A DNA stretch of 64,000 nt from the NCBI GenBank assembly GCA_001643675.2, contig LSRY02000024.1, positions 1,240,001 through 1,304,000 on the forward strand, in the 5' to 3' direction. Shown one piece after another: positions 1 to 13,100 of the stretch; position 1 is the first letter of the stretch; the number at the start of each line of letters is the position of its first letter. Under the pieces are notes generated by a model, which saw only the letters and a program-made list of their open reading frames with translations, was not told where the DNA came from and did not search any database. The position numbers were made by a program, and so were the translations under genes. The DNA comes from Monocercomonoides exilis PA203. Its lineage: Eukaryota; Protista; Preaxostyla.

Positions 1-3000
1 TTATATATTAATATTTTCAAGGAAAGTTACTTTGTTCCCGTTTAGCTAATGATAGTGTTCAACTTCTTTGTGAAGATCACCAATAACAACTTAAATAATG
101 AAATTTTATGTCTTCTACTTCTCCATCTGATCTAACTTTTGTTGTATTCTCAAATAATCTGGTTTCTTCTTCTCCTCCTCCTTCTCCTTCCTCCTCTCCT
201 CCTCCTCCTCTCCTCCTCCTTTTATTTTCCTCCTTTTATTTATTCCAAAGAAGAAAATAATCTTATGTTACAGCATCAGCGATACGATAACGGTGCAGGC
301 GTCAATCCTTTTTCGTCAAGATTTTCAAATTTTCTCTGTCAGATTGTTTGGAAAGACATTCACAGAGAAAAACAACGTGAGATGAGTGCAATACGCGTTG
401 AGAAATTGCTCAGGAGAAATAATGAATGAGAAAGGAAGAAAAAGAGAAAAGAAGAAGAACTCAGAAATCGCTACAACACCACGAGGCAGCGAATGAGATG
501 ATGGCACTGCAATCGGTACAAAGCGAATGGAAAGATGGCAGAAGGAGAGAAGACGACAAGGCAATCGAAGTGGCTTCGTGGAAGCAAACATAACAAGAAG
601 TGGAAAAAAAGAAACTTGTTTTCTAACTGTGGCTGTAGGGGGATGATGGAGAGGAGAAGCTGAAGACCGAAAAGCATCAGATGCATGAGAAGAAGGAGAT
701 TGATACGAACCTGAAGCATTATATGTACAAACCTATGTTAATGCACAATATTTTTACGCTGACCAAGGCGAAACTTACGTTGCATTTGACTCACTTGTTG
801 TCAATGTTGTCGCTAACGATGATATTCTGGAAGGAATAGCGTTGTGAGAAGCATATGAAAAAGCTGGCATGGAACAACAAAGAAAAGAGAAGAATGATGA
901 TTGAGGAGCACAAACGAGAGATTATGCAGAGAGAGGAGAAGGAGAAAGCAAAGAACGCAGAAAAGCCAAACACTTCAAAAATTATTATCACAGCTCATCC
1001 TTTTGCAGATGTGTCTCAGAAGTCACAAACGGTGAAAGCAGCCCACAAGACATATAAATGAACCCTGTTTCTTATCCAACCTCGCTTCCATCCACTTTTT
1101 CAATTTGCAATGTCATACATGAGCAGCCAAGGCAACCTCTTTCCTTCCAAGTGAAAAAAACCAGTTTGGTCAACAAAATTCAACTTGTCAACTTTCAAGA
1201 GATAATCTCCCACGTGGACGAGCTTGTGTCCGTTATGAAGCAGTACCTGATTCTATTCTACAAAATTTGTGGAACAGGAGATGGTGAAGTGGACTGGAGA
1301 GTTATTAAAAGTGACAAGGAAGTTGAAGAGGTTCAGGAAAGAGCAGACAGAACAGGAAAAGGAAAAACTTCATGCGGAGCTGAGGAAGCTGAATGAAGGA
1401 GAAAAGACAGGCGAAAAGATGACTGCGAAGTTGAATTAGAAATCGGAGTTAAGGAGACGCATAGAAGAGAAAAAGAGGATTTTGAAGAAGGAGAACGAGT
1501 AGAGCAAAGGGTTTGTTCAGAACGATAAGCTGCCACAGTTTGTGAGCTCCCCGAACAGTAAAACTTCTCAGGCATTTCCAATATCTTCTTCTTCTCCTTT
1601 TTCTTCTGTTGATGCTTCAAATTTGAGGTCATCAAAAACAAACATCTTCAAAAGTTTTCTGTTAATTTGATTGACTTTACAGTTGTTACGTATTTCTCAT
1701 TATGACTGGATTTAAGAGGAGAAGTGGCAAAGACAGATGAACAGAAATGTGAAATATGTATGGCTGGTTATATGAGCATTTTTTCGGAGTTGTTTTGTAT
1801 GATTTTCGTAATTTTTTTTTATATATTTGTACTGAAGGGTCAGAATATATTTTTTTTCTAATTAGTAATTTTGTGCTTTCATGAAACAACTTAAATATTT
1901 GTTGTTTTCACTTTTCTTCTCCCTCTTCTTCTTTCTCATCCATGAATTTTTTTGACTCATTTCAGAATTCACAATTTCACTATCTCATCTTCTGAGTGAC
2001 ATCTCAGCTATTCAAGCCGCTCTCATCGCGCAAATTCGCTTCCTCTGCCCTACCAGCGAAGATACAATTTCACTTCCTTCTTTTCTCCAAAAATAAAAAA
2101 CAATAAAATTTTCAACAAACACTTCTTGGCCTTCTGCCACCAAAACTATTCATTTTCCAGGTGCAGATGAGCACACCACATGCATCACTTCCTTCTGTGA
2201 TGATTCATGGAAACCATTGAAGAAGGGATGAAATAGAGGCAGGGAGAGAAAGCGAGGAAGAAGAAAGGAGGCTTGAACAACCGATTTGGCAGGATCTGCA
2301 CTCAATATCATCGTTATTGATGCTTCTGGAGGTGCATCAAGGAAATTTTGTGGAGCGGCTGGAAAAGAGAGAGAGAAAGAGAAAACAGAAAAATAAAAGG
2401 AAGAGATGAGGAAGAGAGATGAGAGAAGAGCAAAAAGATAAGAAATTTTAGGAATTAGCCCAAATGATGGAAAAGAAAAAGATAAGCAAGGAAAGCCAGA
2501 AGAGGAACATGAGAAAGAAGCGAAAGACTGAAAAGAAGAGAAGGCCAAAGAAGGCACTGAAGAAAAGAAGGAGAAGAAAAAAAGAGGGAGTGAGAGATAA
2601 AAGAAAAGAAAAAGAAATGCAATCCGAAGGAGGACTTTTTTTCTGTTTATGGAGAAAAATTATCTCAAAATGCCTCGCTTTGAAAAGAACAGTTTGCAAT
2701 TAATTTATTAGATAAAATGAGTCTCAAATTCAATATTGTTTCATTTTTTTTTTTTTGGACTTAGAAACACAGACAGATAATATTTTTAAAAAACATTATT
2801 AACATTTTTAAACTGCGAATCGATAATTACTGTGAAGAATAAAATGCCAGTTTTGAAGAAAAGAAAAAAATGAAAACGAGAAATATATGGAATTCAATGA
2901 AACTTTTTAAACAACAATAATATTCGGTTTAATAAGAAAATGATTAGATTTTTAACAACTTACACTCAATTTATTGCAAAGTTTGATACAATATTGGATA

Positions 3001-3370
3001 GTGTTGTTGCATATTTGAAACAAACAATAAAGTGATTTAGTTTTTCATTTTTGTTCACGATTGTGCGAAACAGTAACATTTGACAAAATTTTTCTAAATC
3101 GAAATGATTGCATTTCTATTGGATAGCGCAAAATTATCATAATAGATCATAAACATTCATGCAATATGTGCGAACCGTAAAAGTTGTTATTCATCAAAAA
3201 AGACAAATATCAAACAAGTTACGTTTTTAATAATGGTCATCCAACAATAATCATTAAAAATACTATTTTTTTTTATAATTGTTGACTTGAAAGTTGATGA
3301 CTGATATTATTCATGATGCCTGAAAGCATTTTTGATGTTTGAAAACTGTTTTTTCATAATCTTAAACTTA

Positions 3371-4770
3371 CCCCGAAAAAAAGTATGATCCCAAAAATAA
3401 TTACCCAAATGTGTCCGGAAAAAAAGGTAAATTTGAGAATGATAAAAGCATTAATGCAAAAAAAGAAATAATACACAAACAAAACAAAATGGCAAGAATT
3501 GCAAAGGGCTCGATTCAAAAGAAAATTCATATGCTGCGCGATCTAGGAAAGGGAAGAAACGAAATTGCTCGTTTATTGAAAATTTCAGTCAAGACTGTAA
3601 AAAAACACAAAAAAACATACCATATATAATCAAATCGGTCTGTTAAAGGCAAACTCGGAAGGCCATTTTTTATTTCGCATGCTTTGCTGAAGAAAGCTTA
3701 AAAAGAATCAAAATGCATGCAAATTCGAAGAATCAGAGATCCAACCGATTATCTTGCTATGAATTGCAACAATTCCATCGCTTTTCGACGATTGCGCGTA
3801 ATTAGTGGAAAATATACAAAGAGAAAAGTCAAACCTTTCCTATCAAAGAATGCTTGTAAGATGAGAAACGAATTTGCTGAAAAACATTTAAGGGATGATG
3901 AATTATGGAAGCTGACGATCTTCGCTGATGAAAAAAAAACAATTCATTTGGACCAGATAATACAAGAATGGAATAGAATGAAAATGATAATGAAGAGATA
4001 TTCGATCATCAAAGTCAGAATAAACATGAAAAATTTTAATTATGGGATGCAGTGGGTTATAATTTCGAATCACCAATCATTTTTGTTTGCGAAACAATAA
4101 ATAAAGAGGAATTATGTCGAATTAGAACGTTATCTATAAATCCTAATTCACGAAAGCAATACAAAAATAATTGGATATTTATCCACAATAATTCGCCTAT
4201 TCGTCGATCTTTTAATGAGCAAAATGTGATCAGAGATTTTTCATTAACCAGTTTGGAATGGTCCCCTTATTCTCCAGATTTTAATAGCATCGAAAATGTG
4301 TGGATCATTTTATCTGGGAAAGTTTTCAATGATTGTGAACCAAAGAAAGATGCGAATGAGCTGAAAAAGTCAATTTTTGCTGCCTGGAATTAAATTGAAA
4401 TGGATATAATTAATAAACTTGTTCATTCGATGTGCAAACGACTCAAAACGGTTATATTGAATGAAGGAGGATCAATAAACAAGTCATATATTATGATTAT
4501 GTTGTTGGTATTAATTCTTGAAATTTTCCTTTTTTTTTTTTTTTTTTTTTTTTGAAAATTCAGATCACATATTTTTGATAAATAATTTTTTCTATTAACA
4601 TGATAATTGTTCTTTTTTTATTGTTTTTTATAAAAGAAAAAAAAATATCTCAATTTTAAAGCATTAACTTGTTTGATAATAAAAATTATAATTGAATGCG
4701 ATTTTTCTCTTTCTCAACTGTTAATTCAAATTATCAATATGGGTGATTATTTTTGAAACCATATTTTTTC
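3371..4770 (+). mobile_element. Degenerate Tc1/mariner (DD34E) DNA transposon
   Basis: Broken transposase bracketed by imperfect inverted repeats. Left copy is 3371-3410 (ccccgaaaaaaagtatgatcccaaaaataattacccaaat, preceded by TA). Right copy is 4737-4770, whose reverse complement reads gaaaaaatatggtttcaaaaataatcacccatat. The outer end of the right TIR appears lost. Confidence 0.8.
3488..4480 (+). pseudogene. Tc1-like transposase pseudogene
   Basis: HTH (GRNEIARLLKISVKTVKK), KVKPFLS, W..IFADEKK (first D), WIFIHNNSPIR (second D changed to N) and LEWSPYSPDFNSIENVW (E). Exactly 34 residues lie between the mutated D and the E. Several stops and frameshifts split it over ORFs 3411, 3717 and 4052. 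Confidence 0.9.
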
Positions 4771-4956
4771 ATTCAAATTTTTCTGTTCAAAAATATCCTT
4801 GAATAAAAATTTATGAACACAAAAGAGTGAAAAGGCTCAATAAAGAAATATTAATCTATATTTAAACAGATTCACTTATTCTTAAAACAGTTGTGATAAA
4901 TAAAGCACTTGAATTCAAAAGCTCTATTCAATGAAAAGCAAAATTCGAAAAACAAA

Positions 4957-4998
4957 CACCCCGAAAAAAGTTATGATTTCAACAATAATCACACATAT
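4957..4998 (+). repeat. Third (solo) copy of the Tc1 TIR motif
   Basis: caccccgaaaaaagttatgatttcaacaataatcacacatat aligns with 3371-3410 and with the reverse complement of 4737-4770. Confidence 0.7.
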
Positions 4999-5640
4999 AA
5001 AAAATTTTATCAGTTATTTTTGACGGTCTGTATGAATAGCTCTTTAATTATGTGCGATAATAAATGAATGAAAAATTGGACAAAAATGTTCGTTCACAGA
5101 AAAATGTGATTGCAAACGGTATTGATTATATTTGATGTGATTCTATCCAGTTTAGACAGTATTCGAATTAATCATTTTGGATGATCGTGAAAATTGTTTT
5201 TTTATTAAATATCTGTTTTATGAATCTGAAAACCACTTCACAACAAAAATAATTTTTTCATAATTTCCTTTTTTAACTTTTTTTAAAATCGTTTCATTAT
5301 AAAAATACGTGAAGTTATCAATTCAATTGTTGAAATTCTCTTGTTGATTTATTTTTGATGCATAATGAAGTTTTTGCATTTTCTTTTTCAAATAAATAAA
5401 AAGAATAAAAAAGAATATTATAAAAATAAAAATCAATTATATTTAATTAAATCCAAAATTTACAAAAGACAATACAATTGATAAAATGATCGTTTTGCTC
5501 TTGATGATAATAAATATTTGCATATTGAATGGTAATTTTTTCTTTGTGTCTCACTTGATCACTTGCTGGATACAAACATAAAAAATCTTTGGCTTAAAAA
5601 ATGTTTTTGTATGAAAGATGAAACTCTAATTGTTATGCTT

Positions 5641-6252
5641 CTAACTTTTTGAACTTTCTTTTAATTGTTCAAAAAACGTGTCTCTAACAGCCATAATCGC
5701 GAAACCGAGAACATTTTCACCTTTCCATTCATGAGGATTTGTTGCCTTTGGATTTGAAGCATCCATTTTTATCCCCCATATTGCATCTAGCGGAGAAGCT
5801 TCCACTATAATTGAGGATTTTGTTTCCATTAATAATGCTTTTAATTCAGGATGCTGACTGAATTTGTGCAAATTCCCTTGGTACACTATGTCAAATTTTT
5901 TTTGTTCCCACACTGTTCCATTGAAATTTTTAACACCTCTCCCCAATTCCTTAGCTTTTCGTGGGGTAGATGCTTTCAAAATATTTTGTAAAGAAACATC
6001 ATCATTGAATAATCGAGCCTTTTCAGCCATCATCCAATGCTCTGCAGTGTTATATCTAATGGAATCAACGACGAATGGTGATGTGAACCATTGGGCAAAA
6101 ATGCCATAAGGATCTTCGCTTTCTTTCCAAAAGAAAATATATGAAAATTCTTGACCTTTCTCGCATCTTTCAATGAGTTCATGAACATTTCTTGGAGAAA
6201 GAGTTGAAGATATAGATGAACTTGTTGAAGGAACAGAACTTGGTGTTGCCAT
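5641..6252 (-). CDS. NADAR family protein (YbiA-like N-glycosidase / ADP-ribosyl hydrolase)
   Basis: Intronless 203 aa with the family motifs IFFW, FAQWF.SPF, YNTAEHWMMAEKARLF, KELGRGVKNF, KFSQHPELK, VEASPLDAIWG and WKGENVLGFAIMAVR. Confidence 0.93.
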   Translation of the reverse strand: MATPSSVPSTSSSISSTLSPRNVHELIERCEKGQEFSYIFFWKESEDPYGIFAQWFTSPFVVDSIRYNTAEHWMMAEKARLFNDDVSLQNILKASTPRKAKELGRGVKNFNGTVWEQKKFDIVYQGNLHKFSQHPELKALLMETKSSIIVEASPLDAIWGIKMDASNPKATNPHEWKGENVLGFAIMAVRDTFFEQLKESSKS

Positions 6253-6430
6253 TTCACAAAAGAATTATAAATAAATAATTTTATTTTTCTATTACAAAAG
6301 ATTTCAAAAATTTTATAAAACTATTAAAATATGTTTATATCTCAAATGGGATAGAATTCTTGATTATTTGAGTTTTCTTGAAATTGAACATTTTATGATG
6401 GGCATGATTATTGGTGTTTTTGATTTATGA

Positions 6431-9400
6431 ATGCAATGCTGGATTTTTTTTGTGATTATTTCGTTGAGTGAGTGCCAGTACAATCGCCAAATTTTTGTTG
6501 ATTCTATAAAAGGAAAAGATGAAGACGATTGCTGGGAAGGAAAAGAATCAAATCCTTGTAAAACACTAAACAAGGCTGTTGATGGATTAGATAGCGATAC
6601 AAGCATAAACATTATTGAGTCAATAGATAATCTCGAACTTGTTAATATTGAAACAGAAAAATGGACAAATTTCATGATTTGTTCAAAATCAAACAAAACG
6701 ATAATTTCCACAAAGCAAGCAAATATTGAAATTTTACTCGCATTTACCAACATAAATACGTTTGTTTTTTCTAATTTCGATAATTTACTTTTAAAACTTC
6801 AATTTGACTCTTTATTTCAATTATAAAGGTTTTCTTTGGAAAATTTAACTTTTGAATGCATTGCACACAGTATCCTTAAGATTTCAAATTGCAAGGATGT
6901 ATCTTTGATTTCTATTACAATCAAGAATCCTTTGAACACATGTTTGCTTTGTTATCTGCGTTATCAATTCACATAATTTTCATATTCTTTACATGTTTTC
7001 CAGCTGAATTGGCACCGATCAGAATCGATACCTCAACAATAATAAAGGCATCATTATCTTTTGAAAACGAACAAGCGGATAAAAATTATCAAAAAAAGTA
7101 TTATCTGTCAGTTGTGAATAGCGCAATAAGAGAGTTGTCGCAGGCAACGAGAAACATGTATAATTCAATTTCATTCCCACTAATGCATACCTCATCAATC
7201 AGTGATGTAACAATTAAAGATATGTGGATAGATGCAACAGGAATACAACGTTCTCCTTTAGAATTTTTATCTTCTGATTTAAAACTTCATCAAGTGAAAA
7301 TCAAAAAATTCGATGGGCAAATCATTGCCATGCAGAACGGTTCACTTGAATGTATCGGATGCATCATAAACGAGGACCTAAATGGGAACATATGCGAAGA
7401 AGAAAGCCAACGGAGAATCAACGAAGCGACACTTTTCTCTTCAGATGCTCCGGACTATACTCTGTCTGAAACTACACTCTCTGAATCGTACTTGATATTC
7501 ATCGAAGGAGTTAGTAATCTTCTTGTCGCAGACTCTTCATTTTCTGTCCTGACTGAGTTTATTTCCAGAGAAGGAGAAATACACATACCAAAAGTCTTTA
7601 ATCTGAACACAAGAAATGAAAGGTGCAACGGACTGGAAGAGAGAACAAATAAACCAATCAGCTTCGAGCGATGCACATTTAAGCATGTGAAGACGAACTC
7701 AGTTACAGATGCAGCACCCACAAACAAACAGCTTGTTTCAGAATTAGCCGGACTTTTTATTCACATTGTGGATATCAATGAATATTCTGATGTGACAATT
7801 GCAGGATGCACTTTTGAAGGAATTTTAAACACGACTTTTCCTTCCTTTTCTGAAAATAAGGAAGAAGAAGATGAAAAAGAGGAAGAAGAAGAAGAAGAAG
7901 AAGAAGAAATTTATAATCATCGAAGAGATGCTGATTCGAGAAATGCAATTGAAGAGGAAGTGTCAACAACTCAAACATTTGATTGCACAATATCTTCTTC
8001 TTCTTCTTCCCTGCCATCGATTAAACAACATAAAATGGCTTCATCTGAATGCAACACCGATTTTCTTCTTTCGACCAACTTGGAAAACAGCAGAAATTCT
8101 CGATGCTACAATCCTTTCATTTTTATTCACCATGCAAGAAGTATCACAATCAAAGAATCTGTGAAGCAAAATGAAAATACAACGAAGAAGGAAGCTTTCA
8201 ATAATGCGTCGTCATTATCTCAGCAATCAACTGCACCCTGTTCTGATTCTGATCTGCATGAGCACTGCAAATCAAAGAATTCCACTGAACGCAACGAGAA
8301 AAACGCAAAAAGAACAGAAGAAGATGAACTGGGAGACAGGAACAAGGTTGTTTGCAAGAGTGTATTCAAAAACCATATGTGCTTTCCTGTTGGGAAGATG
8401 AACGACAACACGCAGTGTTCTTCTTCTGCATTGTACATAATAAACTTGCTGAATGTCTCGATATGCAATGCAACATTCACCAACATTGTTTCTGTTGATG
8501 GAAGCTGTCTTGCATTCCTTCTCAATCAAAGCGGCAACGTTACACTGAGTGAAGTGGAGTTCAGCTCATGCGCATCGATCACTGAAGAAGAAGCATCAGA
8601 AATGGAGAGCATTGCGGCTGCGAAATTAAGAGATGCCTATTTTAAAGGCCATTTTGATGCGCAAACAGAGAAAGTCATCGAAAGAAAACTTCAACGCAAC
8701 AAGAAACTGCAAAAGGAGGCAAAGCGCCAAACAGCCAGTGCTAAATCGAAGCGCAATAGAACCTCAAATCCGCTCACACGAGTTGGAGGGGCTGTGTCCT
8801 TTGTGAACGACACGCGCGATAACACTTACGTCTCAGCGACCAGCGCCATGATGAAGAGCTGCGTGTTCTGCAACTGCCACAGCTCGACTGCGGGTGGTGC
8901 GTTGTACGTGGAGAGGAAGCTGACAGCAACGGATTGCTTGTTTTATGGCTGTTCTGTTTCCAAAAATGGACATGGGTCATCCATGTTCATATACTCTGTG
9001 AGTGAAGCAGTGGTATTTGCTGGAGGAATATTTGACGGTTTGAGCAGACAGGACGACTTGTACAAAATGAACGGAATGCAAAACGAGAATGAAGTTGGAT
9101 TTTTGAGGAGACATTTCGCAAACAGAAAGAATCAAAGGGAAACAGAAATAACTTCCCTTGACATTTTGAGAGAAGTGATTTTTAAGAGTATTTCACCTGG
9201 CAACACGCATGCTTTGATGCATGGTGATTCATCAGTCAAGAAATCTGCTTCATCGTCTGTTCGTCCATTGCATCCTTCTGAGCCTGTTATTTCTCAATCG
9301 CCTGCTGTTTGGATTACTGGCTCGCTCAGAGTCCAGCTTTTGGGAAGAATAAGAGGAGCTCTTTCATCGAAGCAGTATTCCTCTCCTTCTGCTTCTTCAC

Positions 9401-12171
9401 AACATTCTTCTGCTCTTCTGGCTGAAACTATTCCTCTTTTATTCCGCAACATTTTCACAAACTCAAACGAAGGCGGTGCAATGCACGTGGAAAGCTCCAA
9501 TGTAGCCATTTCAAACGTGGATTTTTCGCGAACATCGTCTCTTTGCGGAGGAGCTGTTTATGTCGATGCGAGCGCTGGAACATTCAGCACGCTTGATGTT
9601 GCATTCAAAGACTGCAGTGCTTCATTTCGGGGAGGTGCGCTGTTCATTGAGAGAAAAGTGAAACATTCAGACGAGACAGGAGAAACAGAAGGGAAGTTAG
9701 GGCAGATCAGAGCAAATGCGAATGAAAACTATCACATTTTATTGAATGCAACGACAATCACCCAATGTGATGCAGTTGAAGGAGGAGGCATTTTCCTGCT
9801 GTTCAGTGAAGACGAAAAGATGAATAGGAATGAAGAATGCAACCGAAAGAAAAGTGATGAAAATTCAAAATCTTCTCTCATTCCCAGAAATGAGCGCTTT
9901 TCTTCTTCTTCCTTGTTATCTTCTGCAGGGGACGAGGTTGAAAGTTTTGTCACATTTCAGGATCTTTTGGTGAAGAGCTGCAAGTCCCTTTTCGGTGGAG
10001 GAGCATTTGTGGCGATCACCCACCAAATAACAGACTATTTGCCACAGGGCAGTCTGCTTCTGAAGATTATCAGGAGTTCGATTGAATTCAACATTGCAAA
10101 CAGATACGGTGGTGGGATGGTTGTGGAAGTGGCTGACTCGTGGTTTGTGGGAGCGAGAAGTGGAAGCGAAGGAGAAAGAGAAGGAGGCAGTAGAAGGGAA
10201 AGGGAAATGATTAAGGCTGATGCATTTTCAGATTCGAAAAGTGAAGACATTAGTTGGATGGTCAAGAAGAAAATGTCAAGCAACAACAAGGAAATGCCGA
10301 TTGACGGAATTTCTTCATTGGCAACACAATCAACAAATGCTTCTCAATCTTCTATTTCTTCGTCATTGAGCACTTCATTTCAAAACTCCTTTTTGTGTTA
10401 TTTAGCTTTACCTTTTCAGGCGCTTAGACATGCACTTCAATTGTCTCGTATTATTTCTTTGATGCCCCACTCACGTTTACTTCTGTCTGCTGACTCTTCT
10501 TCATCACTCAGATCTCGCACTCTTCAAAGTGGTTCCAATCCACCAATTAAACACTTAAAAGAAGCCCCAGCAGAAGATAGCATTGATTCACTGATATTCA
10601 TACTCAACACAAATTTTGATTCGAATCGCTGTCCTGTTCGTTCCTCCTCTTCATCATCATCTTCCTCTTCTTCCTCTTCAGTTGGAGTTGATTCTGCATC
10701 GAACTCTCATTCTCTCTCTTCTTTTTCATACGTTGTCAATCCACTTATCTATGAAAACGCGTCTTGTGGAGGTGCTCTTGTTCTTATCGGCATGGAGAAC
10801 ATCACAAAAAGATCCGATTCTGCTGGCAAGCTGCATATTTATGTGAAGAATGGCTCCTTCCTGGCAAACAACAACGGAGCCTTTCGTGTGGAAAAGGGAG
10901 GGAAAATACTGTTCAACGACTCGATATTCGAAAATGACACGCACATTTTCACGACGATACGAACGCCGCTGACTGGAGCTTGTTCGAAGAGTCTGGTGAA
11001 AGTGTGGTTGTCATCTGCAAACAATTACGACAAGCAAATCAATAGAAAGAACGAAAGAGTTGATTTGAGTGGGAGTCATAGCGATGACTCCTTTGCTGAA
11101 AATGAAGCAGACAAATATTCGTCTTTTCATTCGCAGCATCTTTCTGAAGCGCATTCAGACCAGTTTCTGATGTGCGACACTTTTTGCTTGTCTGACATTA
11201 ACGCAGATGCAGATTTATATAACTCTTATTCAAATTCATTGAATCCTGCCATTTTACCAAGAAGGCCAATTCAATTCGCTTCTTCTTCTTTTTCTTCTTC
11301 TCATTCATCACGCCCAAATCCTGCCATTTCACAGTCAAACTCCAAACTTCTCAGATGTGGTGCTCCTCCGCCATTCAATCTTAGCTGCAACATTTCATCA
11401 ATTGAGCTCTCTTCATTTCCCAATCTACCGCCTCTTTCTGTGCGCGGCAGCAATTTGTCTCCGATTGCGCCTGTGTTGGCGTTGTCCTCGGTCGATGTCC
11501 ATCCTCCTTCATATCTGATTAACTTCAACGAAATAGATGAAAGGCACAGCGGCAAAAGTTATTCAAATGGAAAAACAGAGCATGACTCTTCTATCTCATT
11601 CTCCAAAACTTCAGCTACGAGAAAGGGGCTGAGGCAGGTTACGAAACATGGAAGAATTGCTTCAAACTCGATGTTTCAGTTCACTTCTGCTTTTTCAAAT
11701 GCAACACAAAATGAAACTTCAGTCAATTTTGTGTTTAGTGAGGTTTACTTTGACGTAGATCCGAGTGACACACGAGAGATATATCTATTTACAGATTCGT
11801 CTTTTTCTTTCACTGATGTCGATGAGAAGCTGTTTCCCACATTGTATCTGCATGTGTCGTGTGATCAAGGGATGACCTGGTCAGAGGAAGTGATGGAGAT
11901 ACACATCGTGGGAATTCTGGGGGAAGACGGGAAGAAGGCAGTTGCTGCTGTTGCAGTCTCAGTGTCTGTGTTGTTTTTGTGTGTGATATCAGGTGCAGTG
12001 GTGGTGATTGTGTGCAGAAACAAGCAGTTTGTGTGGAAGCAGAAAGGGAAAAAGCAGAGAGAGCCAAAATCGAAGGAGACGAACAAGAATAAAGGAGAAT
12101 ACCATCAGCTGATCACTGGCATCGGAAAGGACGATGTTGGAATTATGTTGGGTGACATGTACGTGGAGTGA
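6431..12171 (+). CDS. Large type-I membrane surface protein with beta-helix (pectin lyase/PMP-like) repeats
   Basis: Predicted exons 6431-6759, 6829-6941, 7004-12171 (GT-AG, phases compatible). It has a signal peptide, an IFVDS..G.D...C......PCKTL motif, repeated F..C.....GGA(L/V)(Y/F) motifs, and a C-terminal TM (AVAAVAVSVSVLFLCVISGAVVVIVC) followed by a basic tail. Confidence 0.8.
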
Positions 12172-13100
12172 TTGAACTGATACGTTGCAATGAAGGAAAA
12201 TGTGAACTGTCAATATAAAAGTTGGAAAAATATTTGAGTGCTTATTTTTAATTATATTTAACTTTTTATATGCAAAATTGAAGTTTTGTTGTTTACGTTG
12301 AAAAGTCTTTTTTAATCCAATTTTTCTTTCTTTCTTATATTTTTACGAATTTTTATAACACTTCTTTGCTTAGGATATGTAATTTATTTGTTTTTCGATG
12401 ATGCTTTTTCGCTTTGCTTTTTACAAAACTTTGAATAAATCATCGAAAATTCTTGCATATATTTTTATTTATCAGCACTTGACATTTTAAAATAGCGCTA
12501 TTACAAATCGTGTAATAGATAAATTTCGATATGACAGTTCTTTTTTTCAAAATTTCACTTTGTTTATTCTTCAATATCTTGAAAAAATCATCAAGATAAA
12601 TAATGCCAACTTAATAGAAATGTTATTTTTGTTACAATCGATATACAAAAATCGTTAATATGAGAAACGTTAAACGAAAAAGTTTTCTCCAAAATGCTTT
12701 GAAGTTGTACTATTTCTTAATCCTTATTCTTGTAGTATTTCATAAAAAATTAAAAACAAAAAACATCCTCCTTCTTTCACTAATATTACATGCGAAAATG
12801 ATGCTTTCTGAAATAAGTCTCAAAGCATTAAATGTATATAAACTGATGTGCACAATGCAATAATTTAATCTGCCCAATTTGGAAAAAAAGATAAAATAAT
12901 AAAAATATTTAAACTGGAATATTTTTCTAAAAATTGCTTGATAATTTCAAAAATTGTACAACAAAATTTTCGAGAGAAACTTAATAAACAGCGCCGAAAG
13001 CAAGAAATAAAACAGTTTACATATAATTATCAAATAATAATGACTCTTCAATAACTCATTAACTATTGCACAACATTTTCAAATTAAACACTCAAATTAT

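Noticed and set aside
139-2703. Short ORFs at the window start as genes
   Set aside because: They are low-complexity purine/pyrimidine tracts with no motifs or coherent exon chain; probably decayed sequence.
4530-4553. T24 run as a retroposon tail
   Set aside because: No adjacent recognisable retro sequence or TSD; homopolymers are common in this AT-rich DNA.
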